DNA of 64,000 nt from Octopus sinensis (taxonomy: Eukaryota), in contig NC_042999.1 in NCBI RefSeq assembly GCF_006345805.1, positions 155,000,001 through 155,064,000 of the forward strand, written 5' to 3'. Position 1 is the stretch's first letter; each line of letters opens with the position of its first letter. The translations under genes and the position numbers were made by a program. Of the stretch, positions 21,901 to 33,900 are shown one piece after another. The notes beneath the pieces are model-generated. The model saw nothing but the letters and a program-made list of their open reading frames with translations. It ran no database searches and was not told the DNA's origin.

Positions 21901-24900
21901 TAACTTGTCTAATTTTCCATTTTAGAATGGAATAACTAACGAACAACAACAAAAACGAAGAACCATCCAGTTGGTGAATTGCTAGATTTGTTAGAACTTT
22001 GGATAGAATAGCATGAAGTATTTGTTTCAATTCTCTGCACTTTGAGCTCAGATCCTACCGCGGTTAAGTTTTGCCTTTTATCCTTTTGATGTCAGGAAAT
22101 AGATATTCATCCCGGGTAAGATTGGGGGATGGAGGAAACATTATCTAAACCAGACACGATTGAAATGAAAATTAATTAAAACACGGAGTTGTTTCCCTTC
22201 AGATGGCATAAATACGCGAAGATTGATGGTTGCCTTTCTTCCTTTTGGAGTCTTTTTACTACATCGGCGAGCTGGCAGAATCGTAGGCACATCAAACAAA
22301 ATGCTTAGCGGCATTTCTTCTGGCTCTTTGCGTTTTGATTTCAAATTCTGCTAAAGTCAACTTGGTACTACTTAAGAAGAGTGGTCCCGGTGCGCGCACT
22401 CGTGTAGTCGCGCATCCACGCTAGCTAGTCGTGACTAGTCGATCCTTAATTTGTGTTTTTCTATTTTATTTACTTTGTTTAGAAAAATTATTTATTTTGT
22501 GTTTTATTTACTTTGCTAGGTAGCCGTAGGATCGACTAGTCACGAATAGCTAGCGCGGATGCGCGATTGCGCCCACTCGGATCACTCTTCTTAAGTCATC
22601 TTTGCCTTTCATCCTTTCAGGGTTGATAAAATAAAAGCGCAAGTGAACTACTGAGGCAGATATAATCGATTGTCCCCTCCACACAAAATTGCTGGCCTTG
22701 TGCCAAAATTTGACCCAATAGTAATGTGTGTGTGTGTGTGTGTGTAGCGTGGAGATTGCTATGTGAATAAAGAGATTCTGAGGTCACCAGTGTAGCGGTT
22801 TGTTGACACCATCACCGTAACGTTGTCTGTTGGTTATTAGTTCGACAAAAGTTGTTCTCACGTCGGGTTGACTCCATGGTTGTTGGCTGGAGACGACGAT
22901 GTCGGCGATGGTAGTTGTTGACAGGCGAGCGAGCTGGCAGAATCGTTATCACACCAGGCGAGATGCTTTATGGTATTTCGCCTGCCGCTACGTTCTGAGT
23001 TCAAATTCCGCCGAGGTCAACTTTGCCTTTCATCCTTTCGGAGTCGATAAATTAAGTACCAGTTACGCACTGGGGTTGATGTAATCGACTTAATCCGGTT
23101 GTCTGTCCTTGTTTGTTCCCTCTGTGCTTAGCCCCTTATGGGTAGTAAAGAAATAAGTATTTCGTCTGCCGCTACGTTCTGAGTTCAAATTCCGCCGAGG
23201 TCGACTTTGCCTTTCATCCTTTCGGAGTCGATAAATTAAGTACCAGTTACGCACTGGGGTTGATGTAATCGACTTAATCCGGTTGTCTGTCCTTGTTTGT
23301 TCCCTCTGTGCTTAGCCCCTTGTGGGTAGTAAAGAAATAGGTAGTTGTTGATAGCAGTTAATAGCAGACAGGCGTCGCTAACAGTGTTTGTGTGTTCAAC
23401 GTCTGTTAGATAGCGGTGCGGTGATATACAACAGCTCAACTTTAAGATTATGAAGTTTTATTGTAGAGATAGGTTTCATCTGAATCCATTCAGTGGTTGT
23501 TGAGATATCTTGTCCACGGACTAACAAACATGACTGAAAACAATACCTGCACCTTGGCTAACGTGGAGGTAATAATCCTTTCTACTAAAGGCACGAGGCC
23601 TGAAATTTGGTGGATGGGGACTAGTCAATTACATCGACACCAGTCTTTCACTGATACTTAATTTATTGAAAGGCAGCAAGCTGGCAGAAACGTTAGCACG
23701 CCAGGCAGTATTTTGTCTGTCTATTCGTTCTGAGTTCAAATTCCGCCCAGGTTGACTTTGCTTTTCATCCTTTCGAGGTCAATAAATTAAGTACCAGTTA
23801 CATACTGGAGTCGATCTAATCGACTGGCTTATTCACACACCCCCACTCCTAAAATTTGTGGCCTTGTGCCTAGAGTAGGAAAGGATACTTAATTTATTGA
23901 CCCCAAAGGAATGAAAGGCATAATCGACCTTGGCGAAATTTAACAATAATAATCTTTTCTATTATAGGCACAGGACCTGAAATCTGGGGAAGGCAAAGTT
24001 GACCTCGGCGGAATTTAATAAGAATAAGAATAATGAGCTTATCTTATACAATACTTAAAAGAGGGGAGAGAAAGCAGTCATATAAGTCACGTAGAGAAAA
24101 ACAGCAATGAAAGCTAGAAGTACATCTACTACACAAAATAAAACACAGGAAATGAAGATTAAAAGTGTCATATATAGCAGAAAGGCGGCGAGCTGGCAGA
24201 AACGTTAGCACGCCGGGCAAAATGCTTAGCAGTATTTCGTCTGCTGTTACGTTCTGAGTTCAAATTCTACCAAGGTCGACTTTGCCTTTCGTCCTTTCGG
24301 GGTCGATAAATAAAGTACCAGTTACGCACTGGGGTCGACGTAATCGACTTAATCCCTTTGTCTGTCCTTGTTTGTCCCCTCTATGTTTAGCTCTTTGTGG
24401 GCAATAAAGAAATAAGAAAGAGTGCATAGTCACGTTAGTTGTAGCATTGAGGGATTTCAATGAAGCATGCAATTTTTGAAGAATGCATTGACATGATAGC
24501 TAACAACTGATGTTGTTAGTTTATTCTGTCTTGCATGACCTCTTCTCCAGATATTTTTAATTAAACTTAGAACATTACACGGTTGTATTTCATTTCTATA
24601 ATTTTATTGTCAGGTGAATAGTGAATTAAAGAAATTGCTGGTTGCCTCCCTTGGTGAAGATTTACAATATCGAGTGGAGAAGCTGCTGAGGTAAGTTTTT
24701 TTTTTTTTCATTTTATTTACTCTTAATCATCATCATCATCATCGTTTAGCGTCCGTTTTCCATGCTAGCATGGGTTGGACGGTTCTACTGGGGTCTGTGA
24801 AGCCAGAAGGCTTCATCAGGCCCAGTCAAATCTGGCAGTGTTTCTACGGCTGGATGCCCTTCCTAACGCCAACCACTCCGAGAGTGTAGTGGGTGCTTTT

Positions 24901-27900
24901 TACGTGCCACCCGCACAGGTGCCAGACAGAGCTGGCAAACGGCCACGAACGGATGGTGCTTTTTATGTGCCACGGCACGAGGGCCAGGCGAGGCTGGCAA
25001 CGGACACGAAACGGGGCGGTGCTGGCAACGGTCGCGAAACGGAAGGTTCTCTTACATGCCACCGGCACTGGTAACACATCTGCAATTTCCATTGATCGAT
25101 TTCGATTCTGATGTTGATCGATATTTTGAGTCGTCTGTCTATATAGTAGAACTCTATTTAAATTTGTCATCCTAATAAATATACAGCTTCCTGTTTAAAG
25201 CCCATTACCCCTATCTTGCACAGGATATTGAACCCCCCTGGAAACTCTTCAGAGACATGCAACCAAGCGATTACCCTCCATCAGGTATCTACCATACTCT
25301 GAACGCCTTGCTTCCCTGGGCATAGATACATTGAAGCTTCGATGTTTAGCAACTGACTTGGTAAACACCCACAAAATGATTAACCATCATGCTAGCAACC
25401 ACCATGAGCACCTTTTTGAGCCCCGTGTGTCTAATACACATGTGGACATATTTACAAAGTCAGAAAACAGCACAGCTCCCATGACTTTTGGAAACATTTT
25501 TTCACACTCAGAGTTGCTAAAGCATGGAACAAATACTTGCATCAGTTGTTAGTTGCCGAGACATTGCATCCTTTAAAACCTCCATGCTTCCTGAAACTTT
25601 CCAACACTACACCTGATATCCCCTTCCCCTTCCATACGCATGCACACATATATATCATGACTCATATACTGTTCACTTTCCTGACTCTTGTACATAATTC
25701 TGTGTATTGTACATGCACCTTTAATGAGTTGTAGTGCACCTGAGCATTGTACACAATAATCTCATTATTATTATTATATGTATATGCACACACATATGCA
25801 AATGAGTAAAATGAGATATGGATTCAGAGAACCGGGGGCACCTTTTGTGGCCTTGGCTATCAAGTCCACGTACTAATCAAGTACAAAATAATGTAATGTT
25901 AACCTATGGAAGTCAGGTTGAGAAGACTCATTAAGCCAGGTGAAGCTGCAGTCACTTTCCTACTTTTATACATAATTCTATGTACTGTACATGCACCTTT
26001 GATGAGTTGTAGTGCTCCTGAGCACTATACACAATTATTTCGTTATTATTATACTCTTATAAATAGATGACCCCTCATAAAAAGTAAACAACCTTTACTA
26101 TGAACAGCTAAAATCATCATCATATAACATCCATGTTCCATGCTGGTATAGGTTGGACGGTTTGACAGGATGTGATGGGTCCAAGGACTGTATTGTGCTC
26201 CAGTCTCCTTGTTGGCATGGTTTCCACCCTTCCCAGTGTCAACCACTTTACAGTGTTTTTTCTGAGTTGTTTCCTCAGGCCACTGGCACCAGTGAGGTCA
26301 CCATGCAGCTTACAAGCCTACAAAACCCAAAGCCCAAGGGACTCAATGCTATCAGTTGACAGTTAAGGAGAAAGGGTGGGGCACAACAGGTTCTTGTAGG
26401 TGAAATTTGGCAGGTGGGGACTAGTTGATTACACCAACCTCAGTTTTCAACTCGTACTTAATTAATAACGCTGAAAGAATGAAAGGCAAAGTTGACCTCA
26501 GCAGAATTTGAACTCGGAATGAAGCAACAGGCGAAAATACTGCTAAGCATTTTATCCACTGCCCTAACAATTTTGTCAGCTCGCTGCTGCCTTAATAATG
26601 ATAATAATAAAAGATAAATTTATCCAATTATATTTGTTTGTCTTCATATTTTTACAGGGATAAAGCTCAGTTATCTTTGGAAGTCGGTGGTTATACAAAG
26701 AAAGTTTCAGAAGATTATGAAAACCTTGACCGATTGTCCATTCAAGCTGACATTTGGAGAAGCAAATTTATGGCCAGCAGGTAAATTACTTCCACTATAA
26801 TTTCCAATTAACCCTTTTGATGCCAACCCAGCTGAAACCGCCTCTGGCTCTATAGTACAAATGTCTTGTTTTCATAAGTTTTGAATTAAAATCTTCCACC
26901 AAACCTTAGTCTCAATATATGTTCCTAACATTAACTGAATGATAACTGAATGATTTTACTAAATTTTTTGTTATATTTAAAATTAATTGAAAGAAACACA
27001 GAACATCTCAACAGAAATATGTTTACAAAAGAGTTGAAATATATAATAGCAAAACAATTCTTAACCCTTTTGATACTAACTTGGCTGAAATCGCCTCTAG
27101 CTCTGTAGTACAAATGTCTTGTTTTCATAAGTTCTGAATTAAAATCTTCCACCAAACCTTAGTCACAGGTTATGTTCCTAGCACTAACTTAATGATAACT
27201 AAGTTATTTTACTAAATTCTTTGTTATATTTAATGTAATTGAAAGAAACACAGAGCATCTCAGAATAAATGCAGTAGTGAAAGGGTTAAAATTTTGAAAA
27301 TATAAATGTATCGACATATCAAATTTGAGTGCAATCGGATGGAGGATGCCCGAGATCCTAGAAGACACACACACACAGACAGAACGGATTTTATATAATA
27401 GATATATATATGTGTGGATGTTTTTTCTCACTTCACATTAAATCTATTGAGCTAACAAAGCTAGTTTATTGACATGCTCTGCTAACAAAACTGTTATCTA
27501 GCTCTGTGCTTTTGAAGGTATCATCATCATCATTTAACGTCCGTTCTCCATGCTAGCATGGGTTGGACGGTTCGACCGGGGATCTGGGAAGCCAGAAGGC
27601 TGCACCAGGCTCTAGTCTGATCTGGCAGTGTTTCTACAGCTGGATGCCCTTCCTAATGCCAATGGATACCCTTCCTAACGCTAATGTGGATTTAAAAGAA
27701 AATATAATCTCTTACTTGAAAAACAGGTAAATGTGAGCAACAGGAAGGGTATGTTTCCAGTTAAATAAACAGAATGAAAAATTATACTCAATTTAGTGTG
27801 ATTTTTGTGAACTGAACATGTATCACATAAAAATTGTTTTTTGTTGATTATTCAGTAACTACATCACAATCATTGTAAAACCACATTACTCTAGTCTTCC

Positions 27901-30900
27901 ACTTCTAAATACCATGTTTATTGTACTATTTTGAAATATAGATACCGTATAAAATACCTTTGTATTTTCTCCCATTAGAGTTCTAATTGATGAACTGGCC
28001 AAAGGGAGAGGATTGTTATCTTCCCAATATCAAGAATCTCAAGATGCCATTCAAAGGTTGTTAAACGAGCGACATGAATTACAGTCTCACCTCATGGAAT
28101 CGTACAAGTAAGTCGAAGAAACATTTATTAATTTCGATGTTTTAAACTGAAAAAGTCAAGTGGCTACATGGAATAAGTTGTTAGACTGCTATTATATCAG
28201 TCAAGGGTTCAAATCACTTGCAAATATTTCATTGTGCTTTTAAACTAACTTTTAATTAAAGTATTAAATTTGTGATAATAAATCTCTGAACAAGGTATAA
28301 ACAGTAACTGCATGACAGTGTGAAGTGTATTTGCCATCTAAATGTGGCTAACCACTAAGGGTGGATGTTACTGTAGCTTGTAGCCCCAGGAGAACATCTT
28401 CTCCAGCTGGCTGTTGACACACTTTCTGTGCCCTATTGGTATTTGCAAAGGGAAGTCATCTTTCCCATTGTTGACCTGACAGGATACTCACGGACCTGGG
28501 TTTCTGAGTATTTACCCATCATCAGCGCACAACAATCACTGGTCTTCGATGCGAAGGGGTCCCAATGCAAATACATATATCCTTTTTCTAGTGACTTTTC
28601 GTCATACTAATAGGGCGCAGAAAGTGTGTCAATAGCCAGCTGGAGATGTTCTCCTGGGGCTACAAGCTACAGTAACATCCACCCTTAATGGTTAGCCACA
28701 TTTAGATGGCAAATATACTTCATATTAAATTTGTGATTTAAGCAGAACTAGAGAAAGCTAAATCATGGATAATCCTTTTGTGACTAACTTGCCAGACACT
28801 ACTTTTGATTTTTGGGTACAAGCTTCTTATTTTAACCCTTTAGCGTTCTGATTATTCTACCAAATCTAATACTTATTTATTCACTGATACAGAAGCAATT
28901 TATTCTCAAATGCATGATAATGCTAATACAATAGCATGAACAGGATAAACTATCCGTATATTGCAGAAAAATTTGTTAGCGGCCATGAGAATAAATTATT
29001 TCTGTATCTTTCAATACATCTCAATGCTTCTAAATCAAACTTTGTTTGTTTAATTTCATCGTAAGTTCATCATCATCATCGTTTAACGTCCGCTTTCCAT
29101 GCTAGCATGGGTTGGACAGTTCAACTGGGGTCTGGGAAGCCAGGAGGCTGCACCAGGCCCAGTCTGATCTGGCAGAGTTTCTACAGCTGGATGCCCTTCC
29201 TAACGCCAACCATTCTGTGAGTTAGTGGGTGCTTTTTACATGTCACCAGCACAGGTGCCAGACGTGGCTGGCAACAGCCACGATCGGTTGATTTATTTAT
29301 TCATGTTATTTCAAATTAATCATGCATTATCTATAGCTTTGAGTTTTTGATGATGTAATTGTTTATTTTTAGAATGATTTTATAAGGTTGGTTTGAGAGT
29401 CTGTATCTGGACGGTTTGAGCATAAAAACAGTAGAATATTTGGGCCAGATATGGCCAGTTTAAATGCTAAAGGGTTAAAGTCATCATCATCGTTTAACGT
29501 CCGCTTTCCATGCTAGCATGGGTTGGACGATTTGACTGAGGTCTGGTGAACCTGATGGCTGCACCTGACTCCAATCTGATATGGCAGAGTTTCTACAGCT
29601 GGATGCCCTTCCCAATGCCAACCACTCCGAGAGTGTAGTGGGTGCTTTTACGTGCCACCGGCACGAGGGCCAGTCAGGCGGTACTGGCAGCGGCCACGCT
29701 CAAATGGTGCTTTTTATGTGCCACCTGCACAGGAGCCAGTCTAGCGGCACCGGCAACGACCTCGCTCGAATGTTTTTTCACGTGCCAGTAAGGCGATACA
29801 GGTAACGATCACACTTGAATGGTGCTTTTTACATGCCATTGGCATGGAGGCCAGCTTGTTGCTCTGGCAACGATCACGCTCGTATGGTACTCTTAGTACT
29901 CGACTAGCACAGATGCCAGTCATCGAATTTGAATTCGATTTCGATTTCACTTGCCTCAACAGGTCTTCGCATAAATTCAAATGGCACTTTGAAATATCAT
30001 GTTAATGTTTATTGCAAAATTCAGCTCAATAATGAGAAATTATTTCACTAGATCTTTCTATATTTTTAAAATTAAATGAAATATAGAGTATTTCAACAGA
30101 AATATATATATTAACAAAAGGATTCAAGATCACTGCCATAGCCTGTACCAGTGTTGCATAAGCAGCCCATTTAAAAAGTACCTTTGAATCGTTAGGCGAC
30201 GCCTTGCTTGAAGAAACCTATTGAGTCAAGCAAAATCAAAAATCAAGTCACAATCAAATGGAAATTGAAGTTTGGCCAATGCCAGTGCTACCTGACTGGC
30301 TCCCATGCTGGTGGCACACAATAAGCACCATGCATGCATGGGTTGTTGCCAGTGCTGCCTGACAGGCTCCCTGGGTCAGTGGCATATAAAAAGCACCATC
30401 CAAACGTAGCCAATGCCAGTGCTACCTGACTGGTTCCCATGCCGGTGGCACATAAAAAGCACCCACTACACTTTTGGAGTGGTTGGTGTTAAGAAGGGCA
30501 TCCAGCTGTAGAAACATTGTCAGATCAGACTGGAGCCTGGTGCAGCCTTCTGGCTTGTCAGCCCTCATGCAAACCATCCAACCCATGCCAGCATGGAAAA
30601 TGGACATTAGATGATGATGATGATGATTCATAGGGTTAGAATATTCAACCCAAGCAAGAATGAAAAAAGTGGTTTTCAAAATGATGATGATAATAATAAT
30701 GATGATGATGAGGAGGAGGAGGACGTACAATTCTTTTATCTTTAATTCTTAAATATTTCAGATTTTTGAAGCAAGTCAATGAGGCATTTGATCCACTGAA
30801 TACTCAGAATCTCTTCTCACTACCAAACACTTCCAACATTTTAGAATTAGTTAAACTCATACAACAGCTCTCTGAAGCCATCCGTTTTCGTCTTCTGCCT

Positions 30901-33900
30901 GGGAGGGTCTCTTTACCAAGTTCTACATCACCCCTTCAGACCGGAAGCAATTTTGCTGCTCAGAATGCATTAACACCAGCTGAAGCTCAAGCACAAGAGG
31001 TGAGCAGTCTTTCTATTTATTACCTTTCATTTCTACAGATAATATTTCCCTTTTACTGCTATTGTTATTATTTAATATCTCTGTTCAGCTTGGCACATGT
31101 AAACCCAAGGTGGATGTCAGTTGAACACTTCACAAAGACTCAAAGGTCTCCATGTTGTTATTGATGTTGTTTAGTCTTAGATTAATTCTGATTAATATAT
31201 ATATGTGTGTAGTTTGTCAGTCGATGTGACGAAGACCATCTAGTCATCTTGGGCTTGTGGGTGGGCTTGTTTTGTGAGTCCGCAGATGGCTAGTGAGGCC
31301 AATCTGCGCCCAAAAGAGTCTTTGACAGTGTGGACAGGGAATGGTAGTGATCCTATTGGTCTCGCATGTGTTGGCACCCTTGTGGACAGCTGATCGCCAC
31401 TCTTCTCTGTCTAGAGCAGACTGCTCCCAAGTGTCATGGTCAGTGTTGAAGGCTTTCAGTGTGTCCTTAAAATGCTTCTGGCCACCTTGTGAGCGCTTTC
31501 CCTTTTGCAAACAGTCTTGCGTAGCCTGCTGAAGGCAGCGCTTGCCTTGGCAAGTCTGGCATTGATTTTGTCATTGATGACAACATTTCTAGAGAGTGTC
31601 CTGCCAAGGTAGGTGAACTTGTCCACCGCGTTCAGTCGCTGTCTGTTGATGGTGATGTTGGGTTCAACGTAGGGCTTGGTTGGAGCTGGCTGATACATTA
31701 CAGTCTTTTTTTGTATATGTTTGTGTGTCTGTGTTTGTCCCCCCACCATCGATTGACAACCGATGTTGGTGTGTTTATGTCCCCTGTAACTTAGCGGTTC
31801 AGCAAAAGAGGCCGATAGAATAAGTACTAGGCTTACAAAGAATAAGTACTGGGGTCGATTTGCTCGACTAAAGGCGGTGCTCCAGCATGGCCGCAGTCAA
31901 ATGACTGAAACAAGTAAGAGATAAAATGTATAGACACACACACAATTGGGTTCTTTCAGTTTCTGCTTACTAAATCCATGCACATGGCTTTGATTGGCTT
32001 GGGACTATAATAAAAGGCACTTACCAAAGATTCCACACAGTAGAACTGAACCAAGGACCATGTGTTTAGGAAAGCAAACTTCTCAACCACACAGCCACTC
32101 CTGTCACCCTACAACTTATATAATTGTAGGTTCAGTCCCATTGCATGATACCTTGGTTAATTCACTGTTTAAATGTTACCTTAGTTACAGTAACATCCTT
32201 TGCAGTCTCAAATCAAAGAAAGAACCACTATGCAGTCGCTCAAACAGCTAGAAATAGCAGTCAAATAACTCTGAAATTACGCCTTGAAAGGACAAATTAT
32301 ATAATGTATAGTCTGAGATACTCCTTAAGAAAAAGTTGAGATGGTCATTGCTGTAACGTCTTTTGTTATAGGGCTGCTCAATCAGTTCTAACCTGGGGCT
32401 AAACAACAACCTGTATTGTCTTTTTATTTGATTTTTTAATTAAGAATGTTATTCAGAACCTAATTCATTCTCTAATATTTTTGAATGTTTGTTAATATTT
32501 CGTCGTCATCATCATCATCATTAGTAATCGTCATCAATGGTTTATGATTTTTCCGTACATTTAATGGGTTTGGTGAATGTGGAAGAGGTGAGGGTGGGGA
32601 TTTTGCATTGGTTACACAATCAAGACCAGTCATAAAGACATGGGAGGCAACTCCGAAATTTTATTTATTCCAGAGTTACTTCCCTCGCCTTAAAATTTCT
32701 CATTAAAACTAATGGTGTTTTTTTTCTATCCTCCGTAAGATGCAAATTTAAATTTCATTACTGACTACATTAACTAAATTTGAACTCCCTTTACTACTTA
32801 TTTTCCATGCAGAAGGTATCCATGGGTATTCCGCCCCCACCCCGCAGTCATTTCTCCGTTTGTTTATGTTTTCTTTTAACATCTACTTTTCCATGCTAGC
32901 ATGGGTTAGATATATTGTTTGCAGCTGGACGCCCTTCCTATCGCTAACCCTTACCTGTTTCTCAAGTTAGGAGTTTCTTATTCCACACATCTTCAAAAGT
33001 GCAAAGCCTAGAAGTGGTTTGTTGACAGGGGAAATGTCAACAACGTCACCACTTGTAGCTCAGCAATTTCAAAGGAATGTAAACGTAAACCAGTGATGCT
33101 CAATTATTAGGGGTCAGTTATTTTGCCCATGCACCCCTCCGATTCCTATTCTACTCAGGGGTATCCCCATAGCCATCCAATGTTTAGAAAATCCTATTAT
33201 ATTTTTAGAATTAAATATTATTGGGAAATTGAATATAGAAAATTAAAATGTTATAACCAATTTATTGTGCATAGATTTTAACAAGATAATCTTATAATTG
33301 ACTCTCAAGGGTCTTGTGGACCCCACTTGAGAATCCCTGATGTAAACAGTCAAACAATAGGCACATACACACATACATATATATATGCATGTATGATGTA
33401 CATACACACACATGATGGGCTTCTTTCAGTTTCCATTCTCTTTCTCTTTCTCTTTTCTCTTTTCTCTTTTACTTGTTTCAGTCATTTGACTGCGGCCATG
33501 CTGGAGCACCGCCTTTAATCGAGCAACTCGACCCCGAGACTTATTCTTTGTAAGCCCAGTACTTATTCTATCGGTCTCTTTTTTGCCGAACCGCTAAGTG
33601 ACGGGGACGTAAACACACCAGCATCGGTTGTCAAGCAATGCTAGGGGAACAAACACAGACACACAAACAAACACATATATATATATATACATATATACGA
33701 CAGGCTTCTTTCAGTTTCCGTCTACCAAATCCACTCACAAGGCATTGGTCGGCCCGGGGCTATAGCAGAAGACACTTGCCCAAGATGCCATGCAGTGGGA
33801 CTGAACCCGGAACCATGTGGTTGGTTAGCAAGCTACTTACCACACAGCCACTCCTGCGCCTATCTGCCAGATCCACTCATAAGACTTTGTTAGGCCCATT

